Positions 12,561 through 27,600 of a stretch of DNA of 64,000 nucleotides are shown here, piece by piece. Position numbers and translations under genes: made by a program. The first letter of the stretch is position 1. Each line of letters begins with the position of its first letter. A model generated the notes under the pieces. It was given only the letters and a program-made list of their open reading frames with translations. It searched no databases and was not told the DNA's origin. Source of the stretch: Isurus oxyrinchus (taxonomy: Eukaryota); NCBI GenBank assembly GCA_026770705.1, contig JANJGN010000026.1:33046001-33110000 (forward strand), given 5' to 3'.

Positions 12561-15434
12561 ATTTTGGAAGATGATTTGCCTCAGACGCAAGGAGAAAACC
12601 TTTCTGTTTGTGGCTTTAAACAGATGAAACCCTGTGGGTGTGGAGCAAATATTTCAACATTTGTTACTGAAATGTGGAAACATGGTGAAACAAGGCACAA
12701 AATTAAAGGAATAACTGCCCAGACAGGGAATTCACCATTAGAACAAGGGGAGTCCTTGGTTTCAATAAATGAACCGGTATGAGTGTTAGGACAGGTCAGG
12801 GATAAGTTTAATATTCAGAACAACACAGAATGTAAACAAAAACTGATCTCAAAGACAATTTGTTGTAATGTGTGTGGAGGGGATGTGCTGAACCTGGTTT
12901 AAAGAGGTTAAACATGTTTTCCATATTACACAATCACAAACCTTCAAAGATGAGACATGAAAGCCCTCAACATTAATCATGACAAGTGGGAAGCTAATTG
13001 ATGATTGATGCATTTGGAAACACCAGCTGTGGGCAGGAGTTCACCACCACAGCAACATGTTATTTCAGAAACTCCAACACAGACAAACAAGGTGTCAGCA
13101 GAGATGGTCTCGCAACACGAGTAAGGAAAACTTTCATCCGAGGCACTTTCGCCTTTACAGAATCGGCTTGTTCAGCCATCATATGAAGTGCAGCAGATCA
13201 TCTCATCTGATCTCACCAAAGTTCTGAGGTTGCATTACCATCATCTCTCACAGATGGACAGATGCTAAACATATCTGACAATCACATTAAAATCTGAAAC
13301 TCGGATGGTGTTAGGTGGGAAGGTCTGGATCAATGTCTTACTCCAGGAAGACTTAAAATCAGAATGACAGCATTTCAGAAATTATTCCTGTGATATCAGT
13401 GATCCCAGTCCTATCTGTTAGTAAGACTGATGGAAGTATTTAGTGGAGACGGTAGCATGCTGGAGGATGATGTACACAAATGTTTTCTGAACTGAGGATA
13501 ATAGTGAGGGGAAAGGAAGGGATCTTGAAAAAAAAACAGACTCTTCATGTTGTTACAAAGGACATGGGACCTTGCACTTGGTTTGACACAACACATACAC
13601 AAACCCACATGGATTCACTTCCTATTGATCAGGTGAACCAGGTTATGCCTCACATCACCAACCCAACTACTGACTAAGACTGGCGATAAAGTATCAGTGT
13701 CTCTAAGGACCAAAAGGTTATAGAAATTCAAGTAAACATCACCCTCCAGGGACTCAAATCAGTTTTGACTATTTAATTCCAGCACTTTCTCTGAACATTA
13801 ATCTATACTGGACAACATCTTGAACAGACATAATGACAAAAAGCTAAGCCACCGATATTAGGTGGTCTATGGCCACTCTGGTGATCAGCCCTGGTGGGAG
13901 ATTTTAAACAATACAGAACATCTTTGCATAATTGCAGCCTCTACTTTCCTATTGGTATTCTGGATAATTCCCCTTATATTGATGGTCTCGGTGAAGGTCA
14001 GGCCACAGAGCAGAATGGATGAAAAGATGGCTCCAAACTCCCTCTAAATCTAACCCTCTGATTTCGGTTTTGTAGCCATCTTTCCATCCATCTGCTGCCT
14101 GGCCCTTCATTCCACACAGCATGATCTTGGTCACCTTGTGCACACTGTTATGGATAACAAGCGGGTTACAAAACAGAAAACAGAGGGAAGAGGTTAAGAG
14201 TAACGACTCAGACTGGTAAAAGGTGGGAATTGATGTTCCACAGGAAGCAATGCTTGAACCACTGTTATTCATTTTTTTATAAACGATTTGGACTCAGAAA
14301 TCAGAAATCCAATATTAAAATTTGGGAGCAGGATTACAGTAAATCACTGATAAGAATTCCCAGTTAATTAAACTTTGTTGTACAGTTCATTAAATCTTTA
14401 ATTCAGAGTGTACAATGACACGAGGAAGTGATGAACTGATTTATTTATGAATTAATTGTTTATCAAATTGGGAAGCACAGTTGAGGAAGCAAAGCGGAGG
14501 AAGACGGCAACAAAATCCTGGGATCTAACACATATACATCAATATAGCAGGGAATTCTTGGAAACATGGTGTAGGTCCTTCTTTATCTGGAGATCAAATG
14601 TCTGTTGTATAATTGTCCCAGGAGTTTAAAGGATCCTGTGAATTCCTCCTTGTGTTATTTTAATACAGACTTTACACTATTTACTTTTAGCTACGTTTTA
14701 CTATGTTAAAGGTGCTATTTCAATACAAGTTGTTGTTGATATTGGCTAAAAGTAGTGGACTCAGGACTGTCACCAATAAACCTTAAAAACTTCACAGAAT
14801 AATCACCACAGTCATTTTTAAACTGGAGACTTATTCCTGCATTTCAGTTTCAGTCAGAAACAGAGCACAGTTTTTACACCAATCTCTGATTTAACAGCAC
14901 GTTTCCAGACTGCCTGACCCATGTTGTACAACCACAGTTGCAAAGGAGCCTTCTACTGGGTGCCTGGGAGCTTTGAAACCCAATGATTCCAAACAGAAAT
15001 CAGAGTGTTAGATTTACAGGGAGTTTGTATTTCTCCATCCATTCTTCTATGTGGCCTTGGACTCCACAGCCTGACCTTGGTCATCTTTAGGCTGTATGTA
15101 TTGCACAGAAGTGGTTGTGACACATTTTTCACACACCTCAGGATTAATCCACATGTGGGTTTTGCTGTCAGTGAAGAAATATAAGAAAGACCAAAGTGTC
15201 ATTTGTCGCTTTCAGTATGACCTTAAAGGATTGCATCCAGGCTGAAGTTCTGTTCCTGCCGTATGATCCTCCCCTAGATTGTCCTTTCTGAGCTCCAGTC
15301 AGCTGATGTTAAACACTCAGGTACGAAAGACAAAATTATACAACAATGTTTGAAAAGCAAAGTTTGACATGCTATGTGACATGTATCCAGAATATTAAAC
15401 AGAAGCCCATTGATATGGTTTATCAACTTATATA

Positions 15435-17340
15435 TGAACATACGAATTAGGAGCAGGAGTAGGCCACTCGGCCCCTTGGGTTTGTTCCACCATTCAATAA
15501 GATCATGGCTGATCTGATTGTAATCTCAACTACACATTCCTGCCGACCCCGATAACCTTTCACCCCTTGCTTATCAAGAATCTATCTACCTCTGCCTTAA
15601 ATATAATCAACGATTCTGTCTCAACTGCCTTTTGAGGAAAAGAATTCCAAAGTCTCACAACCCTACGAGAGAAAAATAATTTCTCATCTCTAACTTAAAT
15701 GGGCGACCCCTTAAAGAGTGGTCCCTAGTTAAAGATTCTCTCAGAAAGAAAACATCCTTTCCACATCCACCTTGACAAGACCCCTCATGATTTTATGTGT
15801 ATCAATCAAGTTGCCTCTTACCCTTCTAAACTCCAGCAGATACAAGCCTAGTCTGTCCAAACGTTCCTCATAAGACAACCCGCCCATTCCTGGTAATGAT
15901 CAACTCAACCTTCGCTGAACTGCTTCCAATACATTTACATATTTCCTTAAATAATGAGACCAATGTTTCACATAGTACTCCAGATGTGGGCTCACCAAGT
16001 GCCCTGCATAACTGAAGCATAACCTCCCTACTTTTATATTCAATTTCCCTTGCAATGAACGATAACATTCTTTCAGCTTTGCTAATTACTTGTGGTACCC
16101 ACACACTAACCTTTTGTGATTCATGCACTAGGACACCCAGATCCCTCTGAATCTCAGAGCTCTGCAATCTCATTCAAATATGCTTTTTTATTCGTCCTGC
16201 CAACATGGACAACGTCACATTTTCCCACATTATACTCCATTTGACAGATCTTTGCCCTCTCACCTAACCTATTTGTATCCTTTTGTAGCCTCCTTGTGTC
16301 CTCTTCACAATTCATTTTCCTACCTGTGTGTCATAAGCAAATTTAGCAACCATACCATTGGTTCCTTCATCCAAGTCATTTATATGAACTATAAAGAGTT
16401 GAGATCCCAGCACTGATCCTTGTGGCACACTAATCATCACATTCTGCCAATCAGAAAAATACTCATTTATGCCCACTCTCTGTTTCCTGTTAGCTAGCTA
16501 ATCTTCGAATCATGTCAATATGTTACCCCCTACACCATGAGATTTTATTTTCCACAACAACCTTTAATGTGATATCTTATCAAAAGCCCTCTGGAAATAT
16601 AGGTACAGTGCATCCACCAGTTCCCCTTTATCCACAGCACCTATTACTTCTTCAAATAACCCCAATAAATTGGTTAAGCATGATTTCCCTCTCACAAAAC
16701 CTTGTTGACTCTTCCTGATTACCTTGAATTTATCTAAGTGCCCTGTTATAACACTTGTAACATTTTTCCTATGATAGATATTAAGCTAACTGGCCTATAC
16801 TTTCCTGCTCTCTGTCTCCCGCCCTTTTCTATTTTTCTATCTGATGAGACCTTCCCCGAATCTAGCAAATTTTGGAAAAGTAAAACCAATGCATCAACTA
16901 TCTCACTAGCCACTTCTTTTAGACCAGAGGATGAAATCCATCAGGACAGGGGGACTTATCAGCCCGCAGTTCCAACAATTTGCTCAGTACCACTTCCATA
17001 GTGATTGTAATTTTCTTGAGCTCCTCCCCACTTCCAAATCTTGATTTACAGCCATTCTTGGCATATTACTTGTATCCTCTATAGTGAAGACAATGTAAAA
17101 TACCTCTACAATTCATCTGCCATTATTAACTCCCCAGACTCACTTTCTATGGGAGCAACCCTCATTTTGTTAACTCTTTTCATTTTAAAATATCAATATT
17201 TACTCTTACTATCTGTCTTTATATTTCTAACTAACTTTCTCTCATTCTCGACCTTTTCCTTCTTTGTTAATCTTTCAGTTATTGATCTCTTTTTTTAAAT
17301 TCTGTCCAGTCTTCTGAGCTGCCACCCATCTTTCCACAAT
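15435..17340 (-). mobile_element. CR1 LINE, 3' 1.9 kb
   Basis: QRDLGVLVHESQKVS and EIEYKSREVMLQL; CR1 3'UTR near 15440. Confidence 0.8.
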
Positions 17341-17436
17341 TATATTTCAGCAGAAACAAACTCCAGCTGTCAAAATGAAAGAATTCAATCCTGAACAGGA
17401 TTAACAGCAACAGTAACCAGATTTCAATCCCCATAG

Positions 17437-18222
17437 TCACTTATGAACTCGCTGGTGTGTAATCAGATCCTTTTCACTTTTAAAGGTCTTCTCACAGTCA
17501 GAACATTTAAAAGGTCTCTGATCAGTTTGAACAAGTTGATGTGTCAGAATGTGGGATGACCGAATGAATCCTTTTCCACACATGGAACATGTGAATGGCC
17601 TCTCGCCAGTGTGAACTCGCTGATGTGTCAACAGGTCAGATGAATTGGTATATCCCTTCCTGCACATGGAGCAGGTGAATGGCCTCTCCCCAGTGTGAAT
17701 TCGCTGGTGTGTCAGTAGTTTGGATGGCCGATTAAATCCCTTCCCAAAGATAAAGCAGGTGTATGGACTTTCCCCAGTGTGAATTCTCTGATGCGTCAGA
17801 AGCCTGGATAATCGGTTAAATCCCTCTCCACACAAGCAACAGATGAATGGATTCTCCCTTGTGTGAATGCGCTGGTGTGTCAGCAGGTAGGATGACTGAG
17901 TGAATCCCTTCCCACACACAGAGCAGGTGAACGGCCTCTCTAAACTGTGAGTTTGCTGGTGCCTCAGAAAGTTTGATGAATGAATGATTGCCTTCCCACA
18001 CACGGAGCAGATGACTGAACTCTGCTCAGTGTGAATGTGCTCGTGTCTCAGAAGGTTGGATGAATGAGTGAATCCCTTCTCACACACGGAGCAGGTGAAT
18101 GGCCTCTCCCCATTGTGGCTGCGTTGATGAATTTCCAGCTTTGATGGGGAAACAAATCCCTTCCCACAGTCCCCACATTTCCATGGTTTCACCATGGTGC
18201 TGGTGTCCTCGTGGCTGATCAT
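17437..18222 (-). CDS. Tandem C2H2 zinc-finger protein C (about 9 fingers)
   Basis: Uninterrupted 261-aa ORF with HTGERPFTC linkers ending QRVHK-stop; one finger has C>F; true start uncertain. Confidence 0.8.
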   Translation of the reverse strand: MISHEDTSTMVKPWKCGDCGKGFVSPSKLEIHQRSHNGERPFTCSVCEKGFTHSSNLLRHEHIHTEQSSVICSVCGKAIIHSSNFLRHQQTHSLERPFTCSVCGKGFTQSSYLLTHQRIHTRENPFICCLCGEGFNRLSRLLTHQRIHTGESPYTCFIFGKGFNRPSKLLTHQRIHTGERPFTCSMCRKGYTNSSDLLTHQRVHTGERPFTCSMCGKGFIRSSHILTHQLVQTDQRPFKCSDCEKTFKSEKDLITHQRVHK

Positions 18223-18589
18223 GTTGGGTGGTTAGTTCAAATCTCATCCACACAATTTGTCCTCGATGTGAATGGTGCAATGCTTTTTCAGGCTGTGCAA
18301 TTGGTAAAACATTTCTCCTTCTATATTAAAGATTCAATGATATCCAGCTCCAGATGTATTGAGTGAATCTGTCAGATTGTGACGTGATGTTTTCTTTGAG
18401 TTTCCTGTCAGCAAATCTTCCTGTTCAAGTATCCTGTAAAAGGAGTTTACTGAAGTCAGTAAGGGATAGAAATTCAGAACAGACAATTCCAGTTTCTTTC
18501 CTTTTTCTAATTTGTTCATGTGATGTGGGTGTCACTGGCAAGACCAGTATTTGATGCCCAGCTGGAATTGGGCATACCATCATTGGCAG

Positions 18590-19180
18590 AGTTATAGAAT
18601 ATAAAAGTAAGGATATAATGTTGGAATTGTATAAAACACTGGTGAGGCCACAGCTGGAGCATTGTGTGCAGTTTTGGTCATCGCATTACAAGAAGGATGC
18701 AATAGCTCTGGAGAGAGTGCAGGGGAGGTTTACAAGAATGTTGCCAGGGTTAGAAAAGTGTAGCTATGAGGAGAGATTGGAGAGGTTGGAGTTGCTTTCC
18801 TTAGAACAAAGAAGGCTGAGAGGTGACTTGATTGAAGTGTACAAAATTATGAGGGGAATAGATAGAGTGGACAGAATAAAATTGTTTCCCTTTGTGGAAA
18901 TTTCTGGCACCAGGGGACATAGATTCAACATAAGTGGCAGAAGATGTAGGGGGGACATGAGAAGAACTTTTTTACGCAGAGGGTAGTGGGTGTCTGGAAT
19001 TCACTGCCCAAGATGGTGGTAGAGGCAGAAACTCTACACTCTTTTCTGCAGGGCTATGGCACGGACGCAGGATGGTGGGATTAGAAAGGGCACCTGGGTG
19101 TCCTCCGGCTGACATGGACAAGATGGGCCGAATGGCCTCCTTCTGTGCTGTCACTTTTCAATGGTTCTATGGTTCTAAAT
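18590..19180 (+). mobile_element. CR1 LINE 3' end
   Basis: LYKTLVRPQLEHCVQFWS and RRLRGDLIEVYKIMRG; terminal ttctatgg-type repeats. Confidence 0.85.
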
Positions 19181-19449
19181 ATACTCCATGAACAGGCCGC
19201 GGCCAAAGGCTGCAGACACTGACAGGGGAGTTGCAGAAGGGTTGCGCAATATTACAGTCAGGCACAGAAACTGCAGTAAAATACATTATGTAAATTGAAG
19301 TAAATAAACTTATGAAGGTCGGTTATATTATAAATGTGAATTTAAATCATCTAATATAATTCCGCAAGTGTTCCTGACTTTTTCTTGTTGAGTGTTGTGT
19401 TTTGCTGTGATCTTTCAGGAATGGCTCTGTGACTCTCAATGTAGCATGA

Positions 19450-20455
19450 ATGGATTTAAGCTGAATTGGATTTAAACTAAATTGGCAGGGTGTGGGGATC
19501 CTGAAACGTAGTTCAACGGGGAGAGAAGCTGCGATGGAATTAGAAGTTAAAACGCTAGTAAGTGAGGCTGGAAGGCAAAGAAATCATAGGCTAGATAAGA
19601 AAGAAGAGAGTTTAGCAAGGCTAAATGGAATATATTTTAATGCAGGGAGGCTGAGGAATAAGACAGATGAGCTCAGGGCACAGATAGGTACGTGGGAGTA
19701 TGACATCATAGTTATGACCGAGAATTGGCTAAAAGAAGAGCAGGATCGACAGCTCAACATTCCTGGTTATAGGGTGCTCATACAAGATCGAGAGGGGTTT
19801 AGAAAAGGATGCCGGGTCGCAGCATTATTCAAGAAATCAATTATAGCAGTGAGGAGGGATAATATCCTGGAAGGAGCATCAAATGAGGCCATCTGGATAG
19901 AATTAAAAAAACACAAAAAGGGCAAACGTGCTGTTGGGTGTGTACCATAGGCCCCCAAATAGTTAGGGAGCGATAGAGGATCAGATGTTTAATCAAATTT
20001 CAGAGCGGTGTAAGAAAAACTGCAAAACTGGGGGATTTTAACGACCCAAATTTTAACTGGGAGAGTTTGGTGTGCATGTCAGGGAGGGAGCAAAATTCTT
20101 AAGTTGCATCCAGGAGAATATTTTTTGGCCAATATGTAAAAACCTAACAAGGAAAAGGGGCAGTTCTCGAACTAATGTTCGGAAATAAGCCCGGGCAAGC
20201 GGAAAGCTTATCTGAAGGGGAACATTTTGGGGATACTGACCGCAGCTCAATTCGATTTAGGATATATGGGGAAAAGTATAAGGTTGAGCCGGGAATAAAA
20301 GTTCTAAACTGGAGAAAGGCTAATTTTACAAAGATGAAATACGATTTCGCCCAAGTGGACTGGAAGCAGCTACGAGTAGGGAAAACTGTGTCAGAAGAAT
20401 GGGAGACGTCCAAGGAGGGAATAGCGGGAGTACAGGGCAAATATGCTTCCGTAAA
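19450..20455 (+). mobile_element. CR1 LINE endonuclease-region fragment
   Basis: YFNAGRLRNKTDEL, MTENWL, GEHFGDTD, LNWRKANF. Confidence 0.75.
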
Positions 20456-21096
20456 GAGAACTTGGATTAGTCACAAAAAGACATATCTGCCGCTGGTAAA
20501 TTTCCTTCTCGAAGGCTTAACATTGGCGTGTAAATGATTCCTTACAGCTGTTAGCACATTCGTTTGAAATACTTTAATGGCCCATGTAAATGTGCACCAC
20601 CAAGTAATGTATTGCACTTTCCGGAGTTCATTTGTGAACTTTACAGATCTGCAAATCCATCAGATCACTTTACAGTACCCTTCGGTATCCGGAGGAAGGA
20701 AGTGGGACAGAGCTGCCTTGTGCCAGAGAGACAGGGTGAAGATTGAATAGAATGGGCTCTAGTCTCAGAGTTTCGGAGCATGAGAAGTGAATTGCATAGC
20801 CCTCCCTACTCCCATTTCTGATGTTCTTCAGGAGAAACCTCTAAAGGAGGGCGGGACAGGATTAGAGGGACTGATTACACAAGCCTGGCGATCACGAACC
20901 GGCTGCGGATTTTACATCCAGCCCGGTTTTCTTCACTTGACACGTCAGTGAAGCAGGATACAAACTGGTGGCAGGTTGTTTAGAGCCGTTTTACACTACT
21001 GTGCAAGATCAATTTCACCCCACATGTCAGGGAGAAAAACGTAGAGATAAAAATACACATTTTGACGAGTATCCCAAACTCAAACATGTGACTTTC

Positions 21097-22004
21097 CTAG
21101 TTTACTAACTTCAGAATTAGATTCACAAGATATTTTGCTGCATTTTTCAGCTCCTCTCTGAATTTTCTCTGGGTCACTGCATAAATACACGTGTTGGTGC
21201 AGCAGCTCAGGAGTTGAAGCATGTTTCCGCTTTCTTGACGAATGAATTTGGGATCATTGAAATTGGAACCTGTAAAATAAGGTTCGTTTGTAATTTTCAC
21301 ATATAGGAAATTTACAACATACGTCATCCACAACAAAATGAAGCTTGCCGAGATGGTAAAGAGTAAAACGATTGACTTTCTCCGGTTCTCGATCTCTGGA
21401 TCACTCTGCTTCTCTCCACTGCTGTGAGCTCGGAGTCTCCTGCGGGCTCCACTGGCCACGAGGATGTGCCTGACGGTCAGAGCATTGAACAACAGAATCA
21501 GAAGGAATGGCAGACCCGGATTTAAAATACGTGCAAACCAATCATAGGCTGTCCATGCGAATGAAGTGTAGAAGCTTGATTTTACATTACAAAACCACGG
21601 TACATTGTTCATTATATAGAGTGGTTCATACATAAAGTACCAGGGAACACTTTTTAAACAGCTTAACAGACAGACAGTTCCTACAACCACAGCCGCCACT
21701 CTCTCGGTGCAATAATTTATTTTCAGCTTTTGGAAGCAAATGGCAATGTATCGATCAAAGGTGAAAGCGACGGTTAACCAGACAGAACTCTCCGTGGCTG
21801 CGTAGATTAGCACAGTACTGAGAGTACAGGCTGGAGTCATGGACATAAAACTAACGGGAAAATAAATGCCAATGATCCGATTGAATATCACAGCGCTCAC
21901 AACAACTAGGAGATCCGTCACTGCCATGGACACCAGGTACCGAGCGATGCATTTGGAGAGGCCACACCTTCCTCGGGATAGGATCACAATCGTCACCATG
22001 TTAA
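21097..22004 (-). CDS. GPR139-like class A GPCR, exon 2
   Basis: Acceptor ttttttctctcag at 22005; open frame VNMVTIVILSRG...FDRYIAICF...CTNTCIYAVTQRKFREEL-stop with multiple hydrophobic TM segments. Confidence 0.88.
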
Positions 22005-24663
22005 CTGAGAGAAAAAACAAAATTAACATTGTAAAGTTCAAGCAGGGACTTGAATGTTACACGCTTTTGATACTTCATCCTCGTTTATAGAAGACAACCA
22101 AATCAATGATTAATAGCTTTTCAATGTCATCTCTGTTTCAACAAAAACAACACGGATACGCTGCATTTGTATCGCGCCTTTAACGTAAAAAAGTGGCCCA
22201 ATCGCATGACAGGAGAGTGATACAGCAAAATTTGACATCCAACCACATAAGGAGAAGTTTTGCCAAATGATGAAAAAGAATGAGAATGATATAGGTTTAA
22301 GGGACGATTTAAGGAAGAGAGTGCAGTAGAGAGGCGGAGTGTTTTAGGGAGTGAATTTAAGAGAGCTTAGGACATAACAGCTGTAGGCCTCGAGGTTACT
22401 TGTAGTATTTGGCACTCAACTTTTGGATGTTGCATCATGTTACAGGGCATTTCCTCTAAACACAGTAGCCATATTAATTATTTTTCTGTTGTTGAAATGT
22501 ACACTGTGACATCGTTTAAATTGGCTCGATAGGATTCCACGGGAGGATATTTAGGAAGCAGGATGTGTCGGGTGTATGCAATTGGAGAAGAACCAAATGA
22601 CTTATGTCTGAAACACTGCTAGTTTGGAGGCGACATGTCTACGTTTCTACAGTTCGCATTCTGCTGAAGTGTCATGTTTATTCCCCGACGATGAAAGGTG
22701 AAATAACTTCGTCTTATATTTTCAGGGATTTAGAAGAATGGGAGGTAATCACAAGTACGATTCTCAAGGGGCTTGACGGGATAGACATGCGGAGGGTTTT
22801 CCCGCTGGCTGGAAAATCTAAAGCCTCCGGGAACAGCTTTGGGATAAGAGAGCGATCATTTCGGATGGAGAGCAGCAGAACGTTAGTGCATTTCTGGAAT
22901 TCTATACCCAGAGGTCTGTGGATATTTCATTGTTGAGAAGATTTTAGACTTGGATAGACAGATTTCTGACATCTCAGGGAATCAAATGATATGTGGACCC
23001 GGCGGAAAGCGGATAGAAGCCCAGGATCAGCCATGATTTCATTTAAATGAGGAGCTGGCTCGGCGTGTTGCATGGTCTTCTGCTGCTTCTATCTCTGGTG
23101 TTCTTGTACACAAATCTGTCTGAGCTTCCGGAAAGACATAAATCATACCGCAGCGAGAATGGAGCGCACATGGTGCCATATGCAAATCTGCAGCTGTAAG
23201 AGCACATGACCATGTATATATAGCTTGACAATGATCACCTCCCAGGTCATCACACATCGTCCATCTGGATATGTAAACCAGATAACTTTCAGTAATTTTT
23301 TGGTACTCAGTGCTGAGCACCCCCCTGGATTGGATTATGTATCTCAGATCCCGGTAGCGATGCTACCTGTAAGTGTGGATGCATGACATACTTTAACATT
23401 CTAATGACATTAATTAAATCAACAAGTTGGATTATTGCTGATGTCCAAGGTGATATAATTTGGATTAATAAAATAAAGATGAGGTGATTTTCATGAGTAT
23501 CACTTGCCTCTAGAGGGCCTCAAAATGGGAGGGATAATTTTCAGGCCCTGTGACACCAGTGAAGAGGAGGAGCTACAGTTCGAGGCCCAGAGTAACTCTT
23601 GTTTAAAATAATTAAACCGTTAGTCTGGACCCCCAGATGTAACCAGAATCATGTCCGTTGTTCTTTTCCCACTCTTCACCCCCATTGGCCAAAAGGCAAT
23701 TCAATACCCCAAGAGAGTCAAACCAAATATTGGCGCTAAAATTCTTCTTTGGGACAGTGCACAATGATTGAAGAAAACATCCGGCATGGTTTGAATTTTG
23801 TTTGGAACCTCTCTCACTCTGAGCTACAGGAAAAACGAATTTTATTCCTAACATTTGTCTTCCCTCCCAGATGAATTCTGACGTTTGAGCGGCTGAAGTA
23901 TAGAGCGTGCCGATCTGTGCCCTGTAACCGCAATGAATAGAAGATTACTATAGTGGCTATGCACTAAACTATTAATTCAGTAGCCTTGGGTGAATGTTTC
24001 AGGGACATACAAACAAACGAATCAGGAGCAGAGACAGGCCATTCGGCCCATCTAGCTTTCTTCACCATTCAGTAAGATCACGGTTGATCTCATTACGGCC
24101 TCAATGCCACATTCCCACCTGCCCCCGATATCCTTTGATTCCCATGGGGCAGCAACCGTTTTTGGGCCGGATCGAACTGAAGAATCTTTCTCATTTATAT
24201 CAGTCTGGCAACCCCCAGAGCATCAAATGGATATCTCAATGCAGGTCACCGATTTTATGCCTCCCTAATATCGGGAACGTTTGGTTCTATGTGAATTTCC
24301 CATTCGCCACGTTTCATCTCGCACTGAGCGGAATGCAAATTTTGCAGCCTATTGGTACATATCTAAGCATTGCCTATCACTAAAACCTTATCATGCTCAT
24401 TTAGAGCTACACATAATGACAGAAACATGGAACTTGCCCATTGTTCATATACGCTCAGGTAGCTTCTCAGGTCTGTTCCAGTGGCGCACAGCTCGGCAGA
24501 ATGGCTGATTCTCAAGTTAACAGCAGTTTCGACTTACCTTCCAACTTTCTGGATGTAGGGTTAGCGCTCTAGCCCCTCCTACACCCAGGCCCTTTTTATT
24601 CATTCATTCACTCGATTTAGGCGACATTGGAGCAACAGCATTTATTGTCCATCACGAATTGCC

Positions 24664-27600
24664 ATTTTTTTTTCAAAAATATACTTTATTCATAAATCTT
24701 CAAAAACATTTCGAACCATTTCAAATCACCATTACAAAAAAACAATCAGGTTCAACTTTTACAACATGAATCACAAGGTGTATCAGAGCAAACAATGAAT
24801 ATTTCAATCATTGGCAGGCATTCATTTTAATCTGTACAGCCTGAGGGGCTCTTTACAGTTCCCAGCCCCCCAGTGCACTGTGGCAGAAAGGTCTTAGGCA
24901 GCGACCCATCCCCATTGCGCCTTTGCGGTGGCTGCCCCAAGCTTAACTGTGTCCCTCAGCACGTAGTCCTGGACCTTGGAATGTGCCAGTCTGCAATACT
25001 CGGTCGGGGACAACTCTTTGCGCTGGAAAACCAACAAGTTTCGGGCAGACCAAAGAGCGTCTTTCACCGAGTTGATGATCCTCCAGCTGCAGTTGATGTT
25101 TGTCTCGGTGTGTGTCCCTGGGAACAGCCCGTAGAGCACAGAGTCCTCTGTCACAGAACTGTTCGGGATGAACCTCGACAGAAACCATTGCATCTCTCTC
25201 CAGACCTTCTTCGCAAAGACACAATCTATGAGGAGGTGAACAATGGTCCCTTCCCCACCACAGCCACCTCGAGGGCAACGTGCAGAGGGGGTGAGACTCC
25301 TGGCATGTAGGAAGGATCTTACAGGAGGGCCTTTCTCACCACCAGCCAAGCTACATCTTGGTGTTTGTTGGAAAGTTCTGGTGATGAGGCATTCTGCCAA
25401 ATGACTTTGTCAGTCTGCTCAGGGAACCATCCCACAGGATCCACCCTTTCCTTTTCCCTCAGGGCTTTTAAGACGTTACGTGCCGACCACTGCCTATTGG
25501 ACTTGTGGTCGAAGGTGTTTCCCTGCATAAATTTTCCCACGAGGGACAGGTGGTACGGCATGGTCCAACTACTTGGAGCATTCCACGGCAGCGTGGCCAG
25601 ACCCCTCCTTCACAACACTGGGGACAGGTAGAACCTCAGCATGTAGTGACACTTGGTGTTAGCCTACTGAGGGTCTATGCACCGCTTGATGCAACCACAC
25701 ACAAAGGTGGCCATCAGTATGAGGGCGATGTTGGGCACGTTTTTCCCCCTTTATCTAGAGGCTTGTACATCGTGTCCCTGTGGACACGATCCATTTTCGA
25801 CCTCCAGATAAAGTGGAAGATGGCTCGGGTGATCGCCACCACACAGGAGTATGGAATGGGCCAGACCTGCACCACGTACAGCAACAGCGAGAGTGCCTCA
25901 CACCTGATGACCAGGTTCTTACCTGCAATGGAGAGGGAGCGTCGCTCCCACATACCCAGTTTCCTTTTCACCATAGACACTCGCTCCTTCCAGTTTCTAA
26001 CGCGTGCCCTGGCCCCTCCGAAACATATCCCCAGCACCTTTAGGCCATCAGCCCTGACAGTGAAGGAGACAAAGGATCGGTCAGCCCATTTCCCAAAGAA
26101 CATGGCCTCGCTCTTCCCACGATTTAACTTGGCTCCCGAGGCCAGTTCGAAATGGTCACATATGTGGATCAGTCTGCGCACTGACAGCAGATCCAAGCAG
26201 AATACGGTGACATCATCCATGTACAGGGAGGCTTTGACCTGAGTGCCTCCACTGCCTGAGATCGTCACTCTGCTTTTGCCCGGATCCTTCCTGATGGACT
26301 CAGCAAAGGGTTCTATGCAACACACGAAAAGAACAGGTGAGAGAGGGCAGCCCTGCCTGACTCCAGATTTAATAGGAAAGCTATCTGATTCCCACCCATT
26401 GATTGAGACTGCACTACTGATGTTAGTGTAGAGCAGTATGATCCAATTGCGAATTCCCTCCCCAAACCCCATTTTGGAGAGCACAACCACCATGTAGGTG
26501 TACGATATTCTGTCAAAGGTCTTCTCCTGATCCAGGCTGATGAGGCAGGTATCCACACCCCTGTCCTGTACATAGGCAATCGTAGCCCTGAGCAGCACGA
26601 GGCTGTCAGAGATCTTCCTGCCCGGCACAGTGCAGGTCTGGTCAGGGTGGATCACCAATTCCAGAGCGGATTTGACCCGATTGGCGATGAACTTGGACAG
26701 AATTTTATAGTCCACATTCAACAGTGAAATGGGTCACCAATTTCTAATTTCCTCCCTTTCCCCCTTCTGCTTGTAGATGAGGGTGATAATGCCTTTCCTC
26801 ATGGATTCTGACATACTTCCGGCCAGGAGCATACTCTCGTACACTTCTAGCAGGTCTGGGCTGATCCAGTCCCACAGAGCCGAATACAACTCCGCTGGCA
26901 AGCCGTCGCATCCGGGAGTTTTACTCTTCTCGAAGGACTCAAGGGCCTCAGTCAGTTCGTCAGGAGTTAGCACTTTGTCCAGACTCTCCCGTGTACTGTC
27001 GTCTAAGACCTCCGTGACAGAGGACAGGAAAGTCTGGGAGGCCGTGCTGTCTGTGGGCTTCACGTCATATAATCCAGCATAGAAGGATTTGCTGATCCTC
27101 AAAATGTCGGACTGTGATGACTTTACTGAGCCATCTTCTTCCTTCAGGCTGCTGAGCACAGAGATCTCTCTGTGTACCTTTTGGAAGAAGAAACGTGAGC
27201 ACGTCTCATCCTGCTCCACGGAGCGGACTCTGGAACAGAAGATGATCTTGGAGGCCTCCGAGGCAAAGAGTGAGGCTTGCTGGCTCTTCACCTCTTGGAG
27301 TTCCTCCTTGACATCGACCCGCATCGACTGCAGCCAGAGCAGGTTCTGCATGTTTTTGTGGAGTCGGGACATTTCCCTCTGTTCCTTTCTAGCTTTCTGG
27401 GTGCCTTTGAGGACGACAAACCTCTTGATGTTTCCCTTGATCGCTTCCCACCAGTGTGTCAGGGATTCAAAGAGAGGTTTCACGGTTCTCCAACCTTTGT
27501 AATCCCTCTTGAGCTCCTCAATGTTCTCTGGGGTCAGCAGTTCCACGTTTAGCTTCCATGCCCCCCTGCCAACCCTCTGGTCCTTCTCTAAGTGACAGTC

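Noticed and set aside
21097-22041. Single-exon GPCR starting at 22041
   Set aside because: The first residues translate a polypyrimidine acceptor; a matching exon 1 lies at 32097-32166
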